DNA from: Ministeria vibrans ATCC 50519 | Lineage: Eukaryota > Protista > Filasterea | Assembly: GCA_943704425.1 (NCBI GenBank) | Contig: CALSCP010002154.1 | Coordinates: forward strand, 1 to 64,000 | Length of the DNA: 64,000 nt | Direction: 5' to 3' | Shown here: piece after piece, positions 61,276-64,000 of the stretch | How the letters are laid out: every line of letters starts with the position of its first letter | Position numbering within the stretch: the first letter of the stretch is position 1 | The notes under the pieces: model-generated | Told to the model about the DNA's origin: nothing | Databases searched by the model: none | Seen by the model: only the letters and a program-made list of their open reading frames with translations | Position numbers and translations under genes: made by a program

Positions 61276-62142
61276 CTACTTCTTGAGGGAGGCTGCTGCT
61301 TCTCGCGCGCGTGCTACTGCTTGTTTGAGCGCCTGTGCAGTGTTCTGTGGCTGTGCTGTTGTGGTGGTGGTGGTGGTGGTGGCCGTCGTCGTCGAAGATG
61401 ACGCCGTAGAAGGGAGTGCCGTGGCTGGAACAAAGTCAACGGTGGTTCGCTGACGCATTTCGCGCGCTCGTGTCTCCATGTAGACGCTTTGCTGTTCGCC
61501 CAGTTGTTTGTAGTGGCTGTCCGCACCAAACAGACTCGACTGCGGATCGTACACCTCGGTGGGCAGATTGCTGCCTCGCTCGTCGACACCACACAGGTCT
61601 GTGAGCTTTTCGTAGATAGTGGGGTTGTGGAAGTGCTTGTGGCGCCGGAGCTCGTCGTTGACATTGCGACCCGTCGATTCGCGAACGGCCAGAAACCTCC
61701 GGACGTTTCGTTCGACATCCGTCGTCATGGGTCTCCCAGCGACATTGTCAACGTCCAGCGTACACAAAGAGGTGTCAAGGAAGGGTCCTGTGCGTGCGCC
61801 GACGCTGCCAAGCATCGGATCGCACGAGGGTAGCTCGTCAAAGATCAACGGGGTCGCATCAAAATTCGACCGGGCCGTTGCGGTGTTTGCTGTGCTTGCG
61901 GCGGTCGATGCGGGCGCGATGCCAGGAACCGTCACCCGACCAACTGTGGTGGCGCTGTGGCTGTCGCTGAGGTCGTTCTCGTGCACTTGTTGTTGATTCG
62001 CACTGTCCTCTTCCTCTTCGTCATCATCATAGCCAACAATCAGTTTGGCACCGGGAGGACTCGCACTGCGGCGGCGAGACGAACTATCTCCAGGCGATCC
62101 CTCATCGTCACTGTAGTCGGCTGCGACCAGTTTCAACGACAT
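61276..62142 (-). CDS. SAP30BP: SAP30-binding protein / HCNGP family
   Basis: MSLKLVAADYSDDE; NVNDELRRHKHFHNPTIYEKL..GVDERGSNLPTEVYDP..YKQL..Q; TTVDFV. Confidence 0.85.
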   Translation of the reverse strand: MSLKLVAADYSDDEGSPGDSSSRRRSASPPGAKLIVGYDDDEEEEDSANQQQVHENDLSDSHSATTVGRVTVPGIAPASTAASTANTATARSNFDATPLIFDELPSCDPMLGSVGARTGPFLDTSLCTLDVDNVAGRPMTTDVERNVRRFLAVRESTGRNVNDELRRHKHFHNPTIYEKLTDLCGVDERGSNLPTEVYDPQSSLFGADSHYKQLGEQQSVYMETRAREMRQRTTVDFVPATALPSTASSSTTTATTTTTTTTAQPQNTAQALKQAVARAREAAASLKK

Positions 62143-62777
62143 GAGAGAATAAAACTTTTTTAAAAAAAACAAACTGATGTGATATCCCTCAGGGAAAGAA
62201 TTCACACACACACACGCACACAAATTATATTGGCAGATTCGGCCCCAGAATCCCGACTATGGTGAGTGCGCTCACTGTGCGTAGTGTGCTGTGTGCCAGT
62301 GTGGTCGATCTGCATTCTACTCAATTGTGATTTATGAGTATTGACTTGAATTTTCCCCGTAATTTCATCGAACTTTTTCGTACATCTTTTGGGTCACTTA
62401 CCACACTAAACACTTTCCACGGTCTTAAACTAACCGTAAACCAATTTCAACCTTTTATAAATGATAATTTATGTTATTTTTAGAATTATTTCATCATACA
62501 CACAAAAACAAAATAAATTATTCATGTTGCAATCAAGATTTCACACACACACAATTTCTCATTCCGCCCACACCGCTTCCTCTCTAGATCTGGTCCCGAA
62601 TCGCTTCGACGCAACTATGACTAATGATACAATATACAAAATACGCCACTATTCACTGTGCAAGGCTGTATCAAAGCGATGATCAGCGACAATGCAAACT
62701 CATTTCACACATTTTATTCTCAACTAAAAATTCACTTTTATTCACTTTTCAGAAACTTATTTTGTTTCATCAATACT

Positions 62778-64000
62778 ATGACATTCGTGGCGTGGCCCTC
62801 GATCAAGCAGCTACACGGGGTTGTGGCGGCGGTGCGTAAATTGCGCTGTCAAGAAGACATGGTCGAGTTTCGCGGGAAAATCAAACTGCACGGCACCAAT
62901 GGCGCCGTGGGCATTGTTCGCGACGCAGACGGCAGCATCTGCGTGCATGCGCAGAGCCGCAACCGTGTGCTCACCCGTGAGAGCGACAATGCCAGCTTTG
63001 CCTCGTCGCTGTTGCCGCACGAAGAATATTTCCGTCATGTCTTCCGCCGAGTTGCGGCCATCCACGACTCCGTCAGGCGCGTCGTTGTCTACGGCGAATG
63101 GTGTGGTCCTGGTATCAACAGCGGCGTGGCCCTGACGAAGCTGCCTCAGAAGCAGTTCTGCGTCTTCTCCCTCTTGGTCGACGAAATGCTCGTCAGCGAC
63201 CCATCGACCATTGCCGACTTGCTCCCGCTCCACGAGCGCCCCGACTTCCTTCATGTGCTACCATGGCACTCGGTGGTGGTGCGAACGACCCCGGATGCCG
63301 ATGCCAGTGGCGAAACGGCCGGCCCTGCCACCCACGACGACAAGAACGCGCCCGAGCAAGTGCGCATCAACTTCCGCGACTTTGAAGCGTCTGCCAAGGA
63401 CGTCGAGCGCGTCAACGAGCTTGTCTATGCCATTGATGCCGTCTGTCCTTGGACGCTCGCCACGTTTGGCGTGACCGGAAACGGCGAAGGTCTTGTTTGG
63501 TATCCCGTTTCGTTGGAGACGAACGAGTTGTGGATTTGCGACGATGACAGAGGCAACGAGGACGGAGACGACGACGACGACGACGAGGAGGAGGAAGAAG
63601 AAGAGAAGGACACGGTGCCTTCGGGGGAAAGCGTGCCTGCTCCCTTTCCGCACCTGAGAAGGAAGATGTTTGCGCGCTATGCGTTCAAGGCCAAGGGCGA
63701 GGCGCACACAATCCCCACCAAGAATGCGTCCACGAGGAAACAGCCAGCGCAACTGTTGCCAGAAGAGGCCAAGTCGATTCACGAGTATGTAAACCTGGCC
63801 GTGACAGAAGCACGTCTACGCCAGGGGCTCACCGAGGTGCTGGGCGTCGACTACGACCACAAGACGTCGCCCCCTAAGAAGCGCACCAACAACTTCCGCC
63901 AGTGGATTCTGGCCGACGTGCAGAAGGAGATGGGGCCCGAACTTGAGGCAGCCAATCTCACGTGGCAGCAGGTCGTGTCGTACGTGGGACAGCGTGCTGT
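62778..64000 (+). CDS. Rnl2-like ATP-dependent RNA ligase, intronless; runs off the window end and is absent from the ORF track
   Basis: MTFVAWPSIKQL..FRGKIKLHGTN (motif I), QSRNRVLT..DN, VYGEWCGPGI, FCVF, GEGLVW, FKAKGEAH, AVTEARLRQG, WILADVQKE. Confidence 0.8.
   Translation, partial: MTFVAWPSIKQLHGVVAAVRKLRCQEDMVEFRGKIKLHGTNGAVGIVRDADGSICVHAQSRNRVLTRESDNASFASSLLPHEEYFRHVFRRVAAIHDSVRRVVVYGEWCGPGINSGVALTKLPQKQFCVFSLLVDEMLVSDPSTIADLLPLHERPDFLHVLPWHSVVVRTTPDADASGETAGPATHDDKNAPEQVRINFRDFEASAKDVERVNELVYAIDAVCPWTLATFGVTGNGEGLVWYPVSLETNELWICDDDRGNEDGDDDDDDEEEEEEEKDTVPSGESVPAPFPHLRRKMFARYAFKAKGEAHTIPTKNASTRKQPAQLLPEEAKSIHEYVNLAVTEARLRQGLTEVLGVDYDHKTSPPKKRTNNFRQWILADVQKEMGPELEAANLTWQQVVSYVGQRA

Overview
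Gene-dense eukaryotic scaffold with short GT-AG introns, microsatellite-rich introns and four N-gaps. It probably comes from a flagellated unicellular opisthokont (holozoan-like). Animal-type genes (ADAM10/17-type protease, GXYLT, DAP5/eIF4G2, factor B/ATP5S-like, CFAP97-family) sit beside fungal/protist-type genes (CRT10, MET5/MET10 sulfite reductase) and prokaryote/virus-like genes (TIM-barrel isomerase, ureidoglycolate lyase-like cupin, Rnl2-type RNA ligase). About 21 protein-coding genes can be reconstructed by hand. Highlights: (1) a ~3,300-aa type I membrane protein fusing an ADAM10/17-like prodomain and metalloprotease directly to ~67 Notch-like EGF repeats split by a ZU5-like domain, lying tail-to-tail with a GXYLT1/2-like EGF xylosyltransferase, with SEL1L next; (2) a WD40-Roc-COR-caspase-like (C14) Roco protein, a candidate sensor-switch-protease immune or cell-death device; (3) a DAP5 gene that appears to start at AAA-CTG rather than ATG; (4) an aconitase gene whose first two exons lie 9 kb from the rest, probably a misassembly. 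Family calls come from recalled motifs, not database searches, and exon boundaries were read by eye.
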